Shown piece after piece: positions 53,943-63,210 of a stretch of 64,000 nt of DNA. The notes under the pieces were generated by a model that did not search any database, was not told where the DNA came from, and saw only the letters and a program-made list of their open reading frames with translations. Each line of letters begins with the position of its first letter. Within the stretch, counting starts at the first letter, position 1. Source of the DNA: Marinilabiliales bacterium (lineage in GTDB: Bacteria; Bacteroidota; Bacteroidia; Bacteroidales; SZUA-534); assembly GCA_003512955.1 (NCBI GenBank), contig DOTG01000026.1:12083-76082 (forward strand). Direction: 5' to 3'. The position numbers and the translations under genes are program-made.

Positions 53943-55460
53943 TTAATGTTTAAAATGTCGGACTCCGGTAAAAACCATTGCAAGGTTGTTTTGGTTGCAA
54001 TAGTCGATGGTATCTTTATCGCGGACTGAACCTCCGGGTTGAACCACTGCTTTGATACCTGCTTTGTGGGCTATCTCAATAGAATCGGCAAACGGGAAGA
54101 AAGCATCCGAAGCCATTACTGCGCCCGGTAACCAGTTTTCAAATGAGTTGGCTTTTTCTATAGCTTGCTTCAAAGCATCTACCCGTGATGTTTGGCCAAC
54201 CCCGCTGGCCAATAATTTTTTATCTTTTACCAAAACTATGGCGTTTGATTTGGTATGCTTAACCACTTTTAAGGCAAATTCCAAATCACGGTATTGTTCA
54301 TTGGTAGGCTTTGCTTCCGTAACTGCTTGCATGGTTTCTTCCGTTTCCATGGATAGATCCACATCCTGCATAAGCACACCATTCAAAATTGTACGGAATT
54401 GCGTACGCGGTTTCGATTTACGCACATCAACCAAAATAATACGCTTATCTTTTTTAAGCAACAATTCTAAAGCACCCGGTTGATAAGAAGGAGCAATCAA
54501 TACCTCGTAGAACAATTTGTCAATTTCAACAGCCGTTGCTAAATCAACTTCGGAATTTGTTACCAAGATACCTCCATAAGCTGAGACAGGGTCGCCTGAA
54601 AGGGCGTCTTTCCAAGCGTCAACCAAACTAGGGCGAGATGCAATACCGCAGGCATTGTTATGTTTCAGAATGGCAAAAGTCGTTTCTTGAAATTCATCAA
54701 TAAGATTAACCGATGCATCTATATCCAACAGGTTGTTGTAGCTAACTGATTTGCCCCCTTTGATTACAAATGAAGAGCTAAAATCACCAAAAAATGCGGC
54801 TGATTGGTGAGGATTCTCTCCATATCGAAGCCCCATCCGTTGATTATATGAAGCCCTAAAAGAGGTCGGGATATCTAAATCGAAGTAATTAAAAATGGCC
54901 GTATCATAATGCGAACTGATGGCAAAGGCACAACGGGCAAAATTGCGGCGTTGATTCAAATCCGTTTCACCGTGATGTTCGGTCAGTAATCTGTAAAAAT
55001 CGTTGTATTGGGCACGGGAACCCACAATAAGCACGTCTTTAAAATTTTTGGCTGCTGCCCGGATCAATGATATTCCACCAATGTCAATTTTTTCGATAAT
55101 CTCGTGTTCCAGAGCACCACTCTCAACGGTAGCCTCAAAAGGATACAAGTCCACAATTACCAAATCAATCTCTGGAATCTGGTATTGATCCAACTGTTTT
55201 ACATCATCTTCGTTTTCACGACGGGCTAAGATGCCTCCAAATACTTTCGGATGTAATGTTTTTACCCTACCGCCAAGAATAGAGGGGTATGAAGTCAATT
55301 CTTCAACCAGCATTACAGGCACATGCAACCCTTGAATAAAGTCATAAGTACCACCTGTTGAATAGATTTTCACACCTAACTCATTCAATTTTAGCACAAT
55401 AGGCTCTAGGTTATCTTTATGATAAACAGAAATTAAAGCACTTTTAATCCTTTTCTTCAT
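53943..55460 (-). CDS. purH: bifunctional AICAR transformylase / IMP cyclohydrolase
   Basis: MGS-like N-terminus ALISVYHKDNL...STGGT, RVKTLHPKV. The AICARFT half has ILKHNNACG and the C-terminus ends in GVRHFKH. Confidence 0.95.
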   Translation of the reverse strand: MKKRIKSALISVYHKDNLEPIVLKLNELGVKIYSTGGTYDFIQGLHVPVMLVEELTSYPSILGGRVKTLHPKVFGGILARRENEDDVKQLDQYQIPEIDLVIVDLYPFEATVESGALEHEIIEKIDIGGISLIRAAAKNFKDVLIVGSRAQYNDFYRLLTEHHGETDLNQRRNFARCAFAISSHYDTAIFNYFDLDIPTSFRASYNQRMGLRYGENPHQSAAFFGDFSSSFVIKGGKSVSYNNLLDIDASVNLIDEFQETTFAILKHNNACGIASRPSLVDAWKDALSGDPVSAYGGILVTNSEVDLATAVEIDKLFYEVLIAPSYQPGALELLLKKDKRIILVDVRKSKPRTQFRTILNGVLMQDVDLSMETEETMQAVTEAKPTNEQYRDLEFALKVVKHTKSNAIVLVKDKKLLASGVGQTSRVDALKQAIEKANSFENWLPGAVMASDAFFPFADSIEIAHKAGIKAVVQPGGSVRDKDTIDYCNQNNLAMVFTGVRHFKH

Positions 55461-55529
55461 AATTTAGATTTACAAACCAAAAAAAGACATTAAACCCCTA
55501 TTCATTCTAATTTCTAGACTTTCAGCCGA

Positions 55530-55537
55530 CAAAGATA
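55530..55537 (-). promoter_or_regulatory. candidate -7 box for the purH-mreBCD-mrdA-rodA cluster
   Basis: Reverse strand TATCTTTG, 69 nt upstream of ATG 55460. Confidence 0.45.
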
Positions 55538-55601
55538 GAACTAAAAATAGTTAAAACATTTAAACCTAGTATTGAATTGAGAAATTTTTGTTCACATATT
55601 G

Positions 55602-55629
55602 TTAAAAAAAAACCACTCGTGAAGTGGTT
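55602..55629 (-). terminator. Rho-independent terminator after the Crp/Fnr gene
   Basis: The minus-strand RNA reads AACCACU-ucacg-AGUGGUU followed by a U9 tract. It begins 2 nt after the stop. Confidence 0.85.
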
Positions 55630-55630
55630 T

Positions 55631-56332
55631 TTATCCTAATGAGCTTATCCGCTCTAATTTTTTCATGTCGGTAATCTTGATTTTCCTTCCTGTAATGGAG
55701 ATGACACCCTCGCTGGCAAATGTTGACAAAGTCCGTATTGCATTGGAGGTGGTCATGTTCGATAAGTTTGCAATGTCCTCCCGCGAAAGGAAAATTTTAA
55801 TAGTCGATTCATCATCTTCTAATCCATAGGTGTCTTTCAAAAACAAAATTGACTCAGCCAATCGCCCTCGGATATGCTTTTGTGTAAGGGCAACCGTCCG
55901 TCGGTTCGAGAAGCCTAAGTCGGTGGCCAACGAGCGCATTAATCCAATCGCAAAGTCGCTATTCTCACGGATGAGCTTCATCAAATCGTCCTTATCAATT
56001 ATGCAAACGATGGCATCTTCTAACGCAACAGCCGTTGCTATGTGGTTTTCCTCTGCAAATAGGGCGCGGAAACCCATCAGCCCATAGGGTTTTACCATGC
56101 GGACAATTTGCTCACGGCGGCCTACGCCTTCTCTGAATACTTTTACCTTACCATCGCAGAGAACCAATAACCCAATGGGTTCATCTTCCTCTTTGAAAAT
56201 AACATCGTTCTTTTTATAAAAGACACAGGAATGACGCTCCCTGACAAATTCTTTTTGTTCGGGTTTTAACAATGAAAAGATGGCCTCAGGAGCATCAAAA
56301 CATTTATCACAATCGAAATTCTTTTGCATCAT
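55631..56332 (-). CDS. Crp/Fnr-family transcriptional regulator
   Basis: The cNMP-binding-type beta-roll includes EDEPIGLLVLCDGKVKVF. The C-terminal HTH is REDIANLSNMTTSNAIRTLSTF. Confidence 0.85.
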   Translation of the reverse strand: MMQKNFDCDKCFDAPEAIFSLLKPEQKEFVRERHSCVFYKKNDVIFKEEDEPIGLLVLCDGKVKVFREGVGRREQIVRMVKPYGLMGFRALFAEENHIATAVALEDAIVCIIDKDDLMKLIRENSDFAIGLMRSLATDLGFSNRRTVALTQKHIRGRLAESILFLKDTYGLEDDESTIKIFLSREDIANLSNMTTSNAIRTLSTFASEGVISITGRKIKITDMKKLERISSLG

Positions 56333-56370
56333 CTTTTTAGATATTTTATGCTGAAAAACATAACAAGCCT

Positions 56371-56378
56371 CAAAAATA
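56371..56378 (-). promoter_or_regulatory. candidate -7 box for the Crp/Fnr gene
   Basis: Reverse strand TATTTTTG, 38 nt upstream of ATG 56332. Confidence 0.4.
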
Positions 56379-56428
56379 TAAAATCTTAATCATTTATTTA
56401 AGCAATAAGCTTAAAATTTATTGTGTTT

Positions 56429-57838
56429 CTAATCATTGGTTTTCCCCAATAAAACAATATTTTCCACATGATGTGTATGTGGGAACATATCTATGGGCTG
56501 CACTTTGATTATTTGATAATTATCTTTTAACAGTTCTAAATCACGGGCCTGGGTAGCAGGATTGCAGCTAACATACACGATCCGTTTAGGTTGACAGTAT
56601 TTAATGGCCACTATCACATTGGGATGCATTCCTGCCCGGGGAGGATCGGTAATAATTACATCCGGTCTCCCATGCTGCTGAATAAATGCTTCATTTAAGA
56701 CATCTTTCATATCGCCTGAAAAAAACTGGGCATGTTCTATTTTATTTAATTGGGCATTCAGATGGGCATCGTCCACAGCTTCTTTCACATATTCAATTCC
56801 AATAACCTTTGAAGCTTTGTTTGCCAAAAAACAAGCGATAGTGCCTGTACCTGAATACAAATCGTAAACCACCTCGTTGCCACTTAATTGAGCATATTCC
56901 CTTATAATGGAATACATACGGTATGCCTGTTCCGAATTTGTTTGGTAGAATGATTTTGGACCTATTTTAAAACTCAGCTCCTCCATTTGTTCATAAATGA
57001 ATTCACGGCCTTTAAATAAGACCACTTCTAAATCGGAGTAGGTATCGTTTACTTTGGTATTAACTATATATTGCAACGATGTAATAATTTCGCCAAATTG
57101 CTGATCAATGTAATTCATGACCTCAGCAATTTCATCTGCCCTTTTTTCGCCAAAGATTACCAGTACCATTACTTCCCCGGTTGAAACGGTACGGATGACG
57201 ATGTTTCTTAAAAATCCCAGGTTGGTCCGTTGGTTATAATAGGCATATCCTTGTTTGAGCGTAAAATCTTTCACCGCCAGCCGGATTTGATTGCTTGGCT
57301 CAGACTGAAGGTAACACTTTTTGATGTCGAGGATTTTATCGAACAATCCCGGTACATGAAAACCTAATGCATTCATTTCGGGTGTTTCGGTACCCATTTC
57401 CTCTCTTGAAAGCCACCGGTGTTGCGAAAAGGTGTATTCCAGTTTATTTCGGTAAAATTGCGTTTTCGGGCTGCCCAAGATGGGTTCAGACTCTGGCAAT
57501 TGCAATTTTCCTATCCGGGTTAAGGCATCAATAACTTCTTGTTGTTTATGTTTTAACTGTTCTTCGTAGGGTAATACCTGCCATTTGCAGCCTCCGCAAA
57601 CACCAAAATGCTCACAAAAAGGTTTCAAACGGTTGGCTGAAAATTGGTGATGCTTCACAACTTTGGCCTCCATGTGGTTTTTTCGCTTTTTGGTCACCTG
57701 CAAATCGACCACATCCCCCGGAACTACGAAAGGAACAAACACAACCATATCGTTGTATCGGGCAATGGCTTTCCCTTCGGCTGCAACCCCCTGAATGGTA
57801 ATATTCTCAAGTATTGGCAACGGTTTTTTTCTTCCCAC
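56429..57838 (-). CDS. rlmD: 23S rRNA (uracil-5-)-methyltransferase RlmD/RumA-type
   Basis: TRAM domain, Fe-S cysteines CEHFGVCGGCKWQ, SAM motif VYDLYSGTGTI, DPPRAG, and a catalytic Cys in YVSCNP. Confidence 0.85.
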   Translation of the reverse strand: MGRKKPLPILENITIQGVAAEGKAIARYNDMVVFVPFVVPGDVVDLQVTKKRKNHMEAKVVKHHQFSANRLKPFCEHFGVCGGCKWQVLPYEEQLKHKQQEVIDALTRIGKLQLPESEPILGSPKTQFYRNKLEYTFSQHRWLSREEMGTETPEMNALGFHVPGLFDKILDIKKCYLQSEPSNQIRLAVKDFTLKQGYAYYNQRTNLGFLRNIVIRTVSTGEVMVLVIFGEKRADEIAEVMNYIDQQFGEIITSLQYIVNTKVNDTYSDLEVVLFKGREFIYEQMEELSFKIGPKSFYQTNSEQAYRMYSIIREYAQLSGNEVVYDLYSGTGTIACFLANKASKVIGIEYVKEAVDDAHLNAQLNKIEHAQFFSGDMKDVLNEAFIQQHGRPDVIITDPPRAGMHPNVIVAIKYCQPKRIVYVSCNPATQARDLELLKDNYQIIKVQPIDMFPHTHHVENIVLLGKTND

Positions 57839-57892
57839 TTTTCAACAGTTAAAAATATGCCACAAAGATGTAAATAAAAAATGTAATACAAC

Positions 57893-57918
57893 AAAAAAGC
57901 CGCCCACAGGAGCGGCTT
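57893..57918 (-). terminator. Rho-independent terminator after gap
   Basis: The minus-strand RNA reads AAGCCGC-uccugugg-GCGGCUU followed by UUUUUG. Confidence 0.85.
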
Positions 57919-57936
57919 TAAATTACTATAATAAAA

Positions 57937-58962
<1,026 letters not shown>

Positions 58963-59022
58963 TTAAATATTAGATTACTTTTCTGCTTTTTTAAACAAAA
59001 AACATGTTTTAAAAAATGCGAA

Positions 59023-59030
59023 CAAATTTA
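59023..59030 (-). promoter_or_regulatory. candidate -7 box for gap
   Basis: Reverse strand TAAATTTG, 72 nt upstream of ATG 58950 and just downstream of the preceding terminator. Confidence 0.5.
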
Positions 59031-59051
59031 AAAATTAGGATTTCAAAAAGC

Positions 59052-59078
59052 AAAAAAAAGCTGGACAATTGCCCAGCT
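59052..59078 (-). terminator. Rho-independent terminator after the T9SS-sorted BNR protein gene
   Basis: The minus-strand RNA reads AGCUGG-gcaauugu-CCAGCU followed by UUUUUUUU. Confidence 0.85.
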
Positions 59079-59096
59079 TTCTGTAAGATATTTCTT

Positions 59097-62057
59097 TTAT
59101 TTCTTAACAACTCTTGCAGAACCTTGCTGAGCCCCAGCTTTAACATTTAAAATATAGGCTCCTGGTTTTAACGAATTGCAGGATAACTCCAAAGTGTTTT
59201 CGCCAGCATAATAAGTGCCAAAATCTTTTGCATCAATCACCTGCCCAGCTAAATTGAGAATTTGAACTGTAATTTTAGCATCTTCCTTTAAGTTTAGTTT
59301 TACAGATGCCTTATCAACAATGGGATTTGGAAATACAGTAAATGCCAATTGAGAAGATTTTGTTCCATTAAACAAATCATCATCCTCGGCGATTCCCACA
59401 TAATTCATATCCTCGTAAAAACCCCGGCCATGGGTCCCAATATAAATTTTTCCATAATTTCCTTTGTTCCATTTAGCCATGGTCAACTGAGTAATTTGAA
59501 AAACAGGTACCGGACCTAACCCATTTTGGTAAGGCTCCCAGGCAATAGTCCCTGCACCAACTTGTTGCGAAAATTTCTTAGCCCTAAATACGCCCATATC
59601 TGTTCCAACAAGAACATCGTTTTTGGTTTCATCAATTTCAAACAAGGCACAGAAAGCTGGCACATGAGGCAGATCACCAGTAACGTCGGTAAAATTAGAA
59701 AACGAACTACTGGCTGCTACAGTAGTAGCTTGAGCACAGTAATACACATAAAAGTCGTTACTATAATTACCCAAAGTAACAAGCAGGTTATCCACATTAT
59801 TTGGATCACAGGCCAACCCTGTAATGGCCTGGTTAAAGGCCCCTATCTTTGTTATAGTTGTGGTTGGCTTCCCAAAAATATAATCAGCTTCTTTATAGGT
59901 CCTCGCTGTATCAAAACCCGAAATCCGGTACAATTCATTTTCGCTGGTTGAAAAGAACAAATTATTGCCATCGGCTGAAAATTTCATCTGAGTTACATAT
60001 TCATCTGCCCCCATGGTGTTTTTCTTAACAACCCGCCACCAACCTTTTTGAGCAATGGTAATATTCCAGTTTGCAGCGAATGGGGTTACCCAGATTTCAT
60101 GTTTCATCCCAAGTGCAAACAGGGCACGGTAGGGATCCTGGTAATAAAAAGTGTCATTTTCGAAATAATCTTTCTCAAAAGTTTTATAAACTGGTGCTTT
60201 ATTTACATTGTAACTAGGGAATACAACTGTTGAACCCTTGGTATAGGTTTTTTTAGCAATAAACATGACAGAATCCATTCCAGTTATATCATTATCAGTT
60301 TCCCAATAAGTGATGGGTGTTACAAATGAGGCTGATTGCATATCAGGCTCATAGCCTCCTGAGGTCCATCCTTGGTAATCAGCAAGGTCAGAATTGTAGA
60401 AAGTATTCCAATCAGCATAATTTTCATCATTATTGCGCCATAAGCCTCCAAAATACATGGTGACATAAGCTATGTTCGGCATTATCTGCGACATGACCAC
60501 GTGTCCTCCATCTCCTCCCATCACAGAATAACCTGCTTTTTCATCAGTGCCAAATTCTTTGACTACCAATAAACTCCCATTATCCTGAGTTCCGCCAATC
60601 AATGTACCAGCACTATTGGCAGCAACAGAATAAAACTGAGTTACTCCGTAATTGTTATTCATGGTTTTAAATTGGTATTTGACACCGTCTTTATTTAAAA
60701 AACCTCTGCTAACGCCTCCATCGCTGCCAACAAACATGATTTGAGGATCTTTAGGATCGAACAAGATGATGTGCTGATCGGCATGAACATATAAGGAATA
60801 ATAGGTGGGGGCATCCCACATAGTAACCTGACTCCAGGCAAATAAATTTCCTGTATTTGCAGCAACGCCCGACCAAAGGTTTAATCCACCTACGAAAACC
60901 TGATTCTTATTTGTAGGGTTAACCGCAATGCAAACATCGTAAATACCTTGGCTTCCGAAAGGCTGGAACAAAGCCGATCCACCTTTACCAACAACAATCC
61001 AGTTGTCGCCACCATCTGTTGATTTATAGATGTTTTTCAATCCACTAGCTTGATTTACGGCAGCACAAAAAACAATATTAGGATCCTGAGGGGCATAAGC
61101 AAATTCTAAGCGGCCAATATTTGTTGTTGATATTAAATGGCCTTCCTCGGCGTTTTCAAGTTCGTCTTGACCCGAGCGAAGCACAAATTGAGATGCTCCT
61201 GCTTTTTTCACAAAACATTTATTCGCGATGCTGGCAATAAAAGAGCCGTCGGAGGCTACTTTTACATCCATTGAGGTGCTGTTGTTATATACGCTTTCTT
61301 CTAACGGAGCAGGCCCCCAATTTACACCTCCGTCTGTAGAAACTTTCAGGCCTTGCGAAGTTGAAGCATACACAATGTTTGCATTTGAAGGATCTGCTGC
61401 CATTTTAAAAACCAATGTGAAGGCATCGTTCCCTTCCGTAGGTTCAGTGGCAGTTAACTTAGTAAAAGTGTTCCCTCTATCAGTAGATTTCCAGATTCCA
61501 GAGCCTAATATCATTGGGGTGGCGGTATTTAAACCATGATTGAAATGAACCCCTTCGCCGGTCCCAAAGTAGATATCGCCATTTGCAGCCTGGCAAATCG
61601 AGACAACAGCCAGATTGGCAAAATCCTCAGATGTTGCTCCCTGATATTCAACAGGCACCCAATATTGGCCTGAAGTGGTCGATTTCCATAAACCACCGGC
61701 AACTCCACCGGCAAACATTAAGTTTGAATTGTCTTTATCGATTAACAAAGCACGGGTCCGTCCACCTATATTATTAGGTCCCCTGAATGCCCAGGCACTT
61801 TCTGTGCTTTTTCTACTCGATAGTATCTGTAACTGCTGCTGTGCTTTTTTAACATCAGATGCTTCAATGGTTTTGGTCAACTGATTTGCCCTTATATTAA
61901 TAAGGTAATCTATGGCGCCTTGTGCACTGTATGTACCCTGCATGTTTTTTGATCTTGGAATGTAATTCCTTGTATAATGAGTCTGGGTCAGGGTAAATAA
62001 CATAATCCCAACAACCAGTGCAAGAGTAAAATTTAAATATAAGTAATTGTTTTTCAT
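59097..62057 (-). CDS. large secreted BNR/Asp-box (sortilin/VPS10-like beta-propeller) protein with a T9SS C-terminal sorting domain
   Basis: N-terminal signal anchor. Asp-box motifs STDRGNTF, STDGGVNW, STDGGDNW and GSDGGVSR. The C-terminal roughly 80 aa (FTVFPNPIVDKASVKLNL...ILNLAGQVI...LKPGAYILNVK) match the T9SS CTD pattern. Confidence 0.8.
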   Translation of the reverse strand: MKNNYLYLNFTLALVVGIMLFTLTQTHYTRNYIPRSKNMQGTYSAQGAIDYLINIRANQLTKTIEASDVKKAQQQLQILSSRKSTESAWAFRGPNNIGGRTRALLIDKDNSNLMFAGGVAGGLWKSTTSGQYWVPVEYQGATSEDFANLAVVSICQAANGDIYFGTGEGVHFNHGLNTATPMILGSGIWKSTDRGNTFTKLTATEPTEGNDAFTLVFKMAADPSNANIVYASTSQGLKVSTDGGVNWGPAPLEESVYNNSTSMDVKVASDGSFIASIANKCFVKKAGASQFVLRSGQDELENAEEGHLISTTNIGRLEFAYAPQDPNIVFCAAVNQASGLKNIYKSTDGGDNWIVVGKGGSALFQPFGSQGIYDVCIAVNPTNKNQVFVGGLNLWSGVAANTGNLFAWSQVTMWDAPTYYSLYVHADQHIILFDPKDPQIMFVGSDGGVSRGFLNKDGVKYQFKTMNNNYGVTQFYSVAANSAGTLIGGTQDNGSLLVVKEFGTDEKAGYSVMGGDGGHVVMSQIMPNIAYVTMYFGGLWRNNDENYADWNTFYNSDLADYQGWTSGGYEPDMQSASFVTPITYWETDNDITGMDSVMFIAKKTYTKGSTVVFPSYNVNKAPVYKTFEKDYFENDTFYYQDPYRALFALGMKHEIWVTPFAANWNITIAQKGWWRVVKKNTMGADEYVTQMKFSADGNNLFFSTSENELYRISGFDTARTYKEADYIFGKPTTTITKIGAFNQAITGLACDPNNVDNLLVTLGNYSNDFYVYYCAQATTVAASSSFSNFTDVTGDLPHVPAFCALFEIDETKNDVLVGTDMGVFRAKKFSQQVGAGTIAWEPYQNGLGPVPVFQITQLTMAKWNKGNYGKIYIGTHGRGFYEDMNYVGIAEDDDLFNGTKSSQLAFTVFPNPIVDKASVKLNLKEDAKITVQILNLAGQVIDAKDFGTYYAGENTLELSCNSLKPGAYILNVKAGAQQGSARVVKK

Positions 62058-62186
62058 ACTGTTATGATTTCAATTTTCGTTGTAACCTTTTAAATTAACG
62101 GCAAGCAAGATAAATAAAATTAAACCAATTATAAAAGTAAATGGATAAGCAACTTCAACACGTTAAACCTTTTTAGCAGCATAAAT

Positions 62187-62954
62187 TTAATCATTTTTTA
62201 CCTCTTTTTTATTCGATTTTGATGAAACACCTCTTGGATTCACAATTCTTCCAAATCGGTAACTCAAAAAAATAGAAGCAAAATAAAAATGGTTATGCTC
62301 ATTAGCCATAATTTCAATAACTTTTGGGAACACATCAATCCCTATTCCACCTTCAATGGCGTTGATGACCAAATCGCGGTTGCTAAATTCAAAACTGGCA
62401 CCAAACTTTGAAGTAATGCCCGGTATTACTTTAATTTCATTGAACCCTTTGTAAAATGGAGCTCCTCCATAAATATTATCGGGCAAAGAATTTTTGTTAA
62501 TTTTTTCAACTATTTGCGTTGGCATTACCTGAGTAATATAATAAATCGGTTTAACTATCCCGGCATCGATACCAACATGGTAAAAACACCTAACCTCTAT
62601 TCCTCCCTTATCCTTTTTTTGAAAGAAGGTGAATAAATTCCCATAACTGAAGCGGAAGTTGTAAAATTCATTTTGCTTGCCAAAGACAAACCGACGGAAT
62701 TCAGGGTATTGGGGATGGTATTGTTTGTATTCTTTGGGATCCTTGAACTTGACCCATTCTACATTCCAAAGGTTTTTTTTGCGGATGGTTACCATCTTTC
62801 CATAAGTGTAACCCATTCCCCATCCATTGTTATTAATAAGAAAGGCAAAGGTATGCTCGTTTCGGATCAAAGCTTTGTTTTCGGTAGTAACCTCGCCTTG
62901 GGCAAAAATAGTATTACAAGCAAAAAGTAAAACGATGATGAATGGGTACCTCAT
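62187..62954 (-). CDS. hypothetical secreted protein, possible outer-membrane beta-barrel
   Basis: Signal peptide from ATG 62954 (MRYPFIIVLLFACNTIFAQ). It has alternating aromatic/aliphatic strands and a late IFLSYRFGRIV segment reminiscent of a terminal barrel strand. I recognise no family. Confidence 0.5.
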   Translation of the reverse strand: MRYPFIIVLLFACNTIFAQGEVTTENKALIRNEHTFAFLINNNGWGMGYTYGKMVTIRKKNLWNVEWVKFKDPKEYKQYHPQYPEFRRFVFGKQNEFYNFRFSYGNLFTFFQKKDKGGIEVRCFYHVGIDAGIVKPIYYITQVMPTQIVEKINKNSLPDNIYGGAPFYKGFNEIKVIPGITSKFGASFEFSNRDLVINAIEGGIGIDVFPKVIEIMANEHNHFYFASIFLSYRFGRIVNPRGVSSKSNKKEVKND

Positions 62955-62983
62955 AAAAAAACAAACCTCCAATTAAAGAGGTT
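62955..62983 (-). terminator. hairpin plus U-tract between the 41-aa lipoprotein ORF and the beta-barrel-like gene (terminator or attenuator)
   Basis: The minus-strand RNA reads AACCUC-uuuaauug-GAGGUU-UGUUUUUUU. The U-tract ends at the ATG at 62954. Confidence 0.45.
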
Positions 62984-63001
62984 CTGTTAAAGTGAAACCG
63001 G

Positions 63002-63127
63002 TTAAGCCGGTTGTTCAACAGTTGTGGGCTCTGCTTTTGAATAGGCCGGGCAATCTGCAGTTTTACATGAACTGAATAAAGCTAAACCAAATAAGGCTGC
63101 AACCACTAACACCAATAATCTTTTCAT
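63002..63127 (-). CDS. 41-aa predicted lipoprotein (below the ORF-track length cutoff)
   Basis: Hand translation: MKRLLVLVVAALFGLALFSSCKTADCPAYSKAEPTTVEQPA. This gives n-region KR, a hydrophobic core, a lipobox-like LFSSC and a short mature peptide with a second Cys. It is followed by two hairpins, the second with a U-tract (62955-62983). Confidence 0.45.
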   Translation of the reverse strand: MKRLLVLVVAALFGLALFSSCKTADCPAYSKAEPTTVEQPA

Positions 63128-63210
63128 GTGATCAATCTTTAAATCAATAAAACATAATAATACACTCCGATAACACGCTAAAAGTAAGCAAAATCATTTA
63201 AAACCTAAAA

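Noticed and set aside
54052-54483. 143-aa ORF antisense to purH, and 59526-59951 (141 aa) antisense to the T9SS protein gene
   Set aside because: Both lie within strongly supported genes and show no motifs or expression signals.
55461-55610. Looked for a ZTP (pfl) riboswitch in the purH leader
   Set aside because: The minus-strand leader is AT-rich, and I could see none of the conserved GC-rich elements of the ZTP motif. I could identify only a -7 box.
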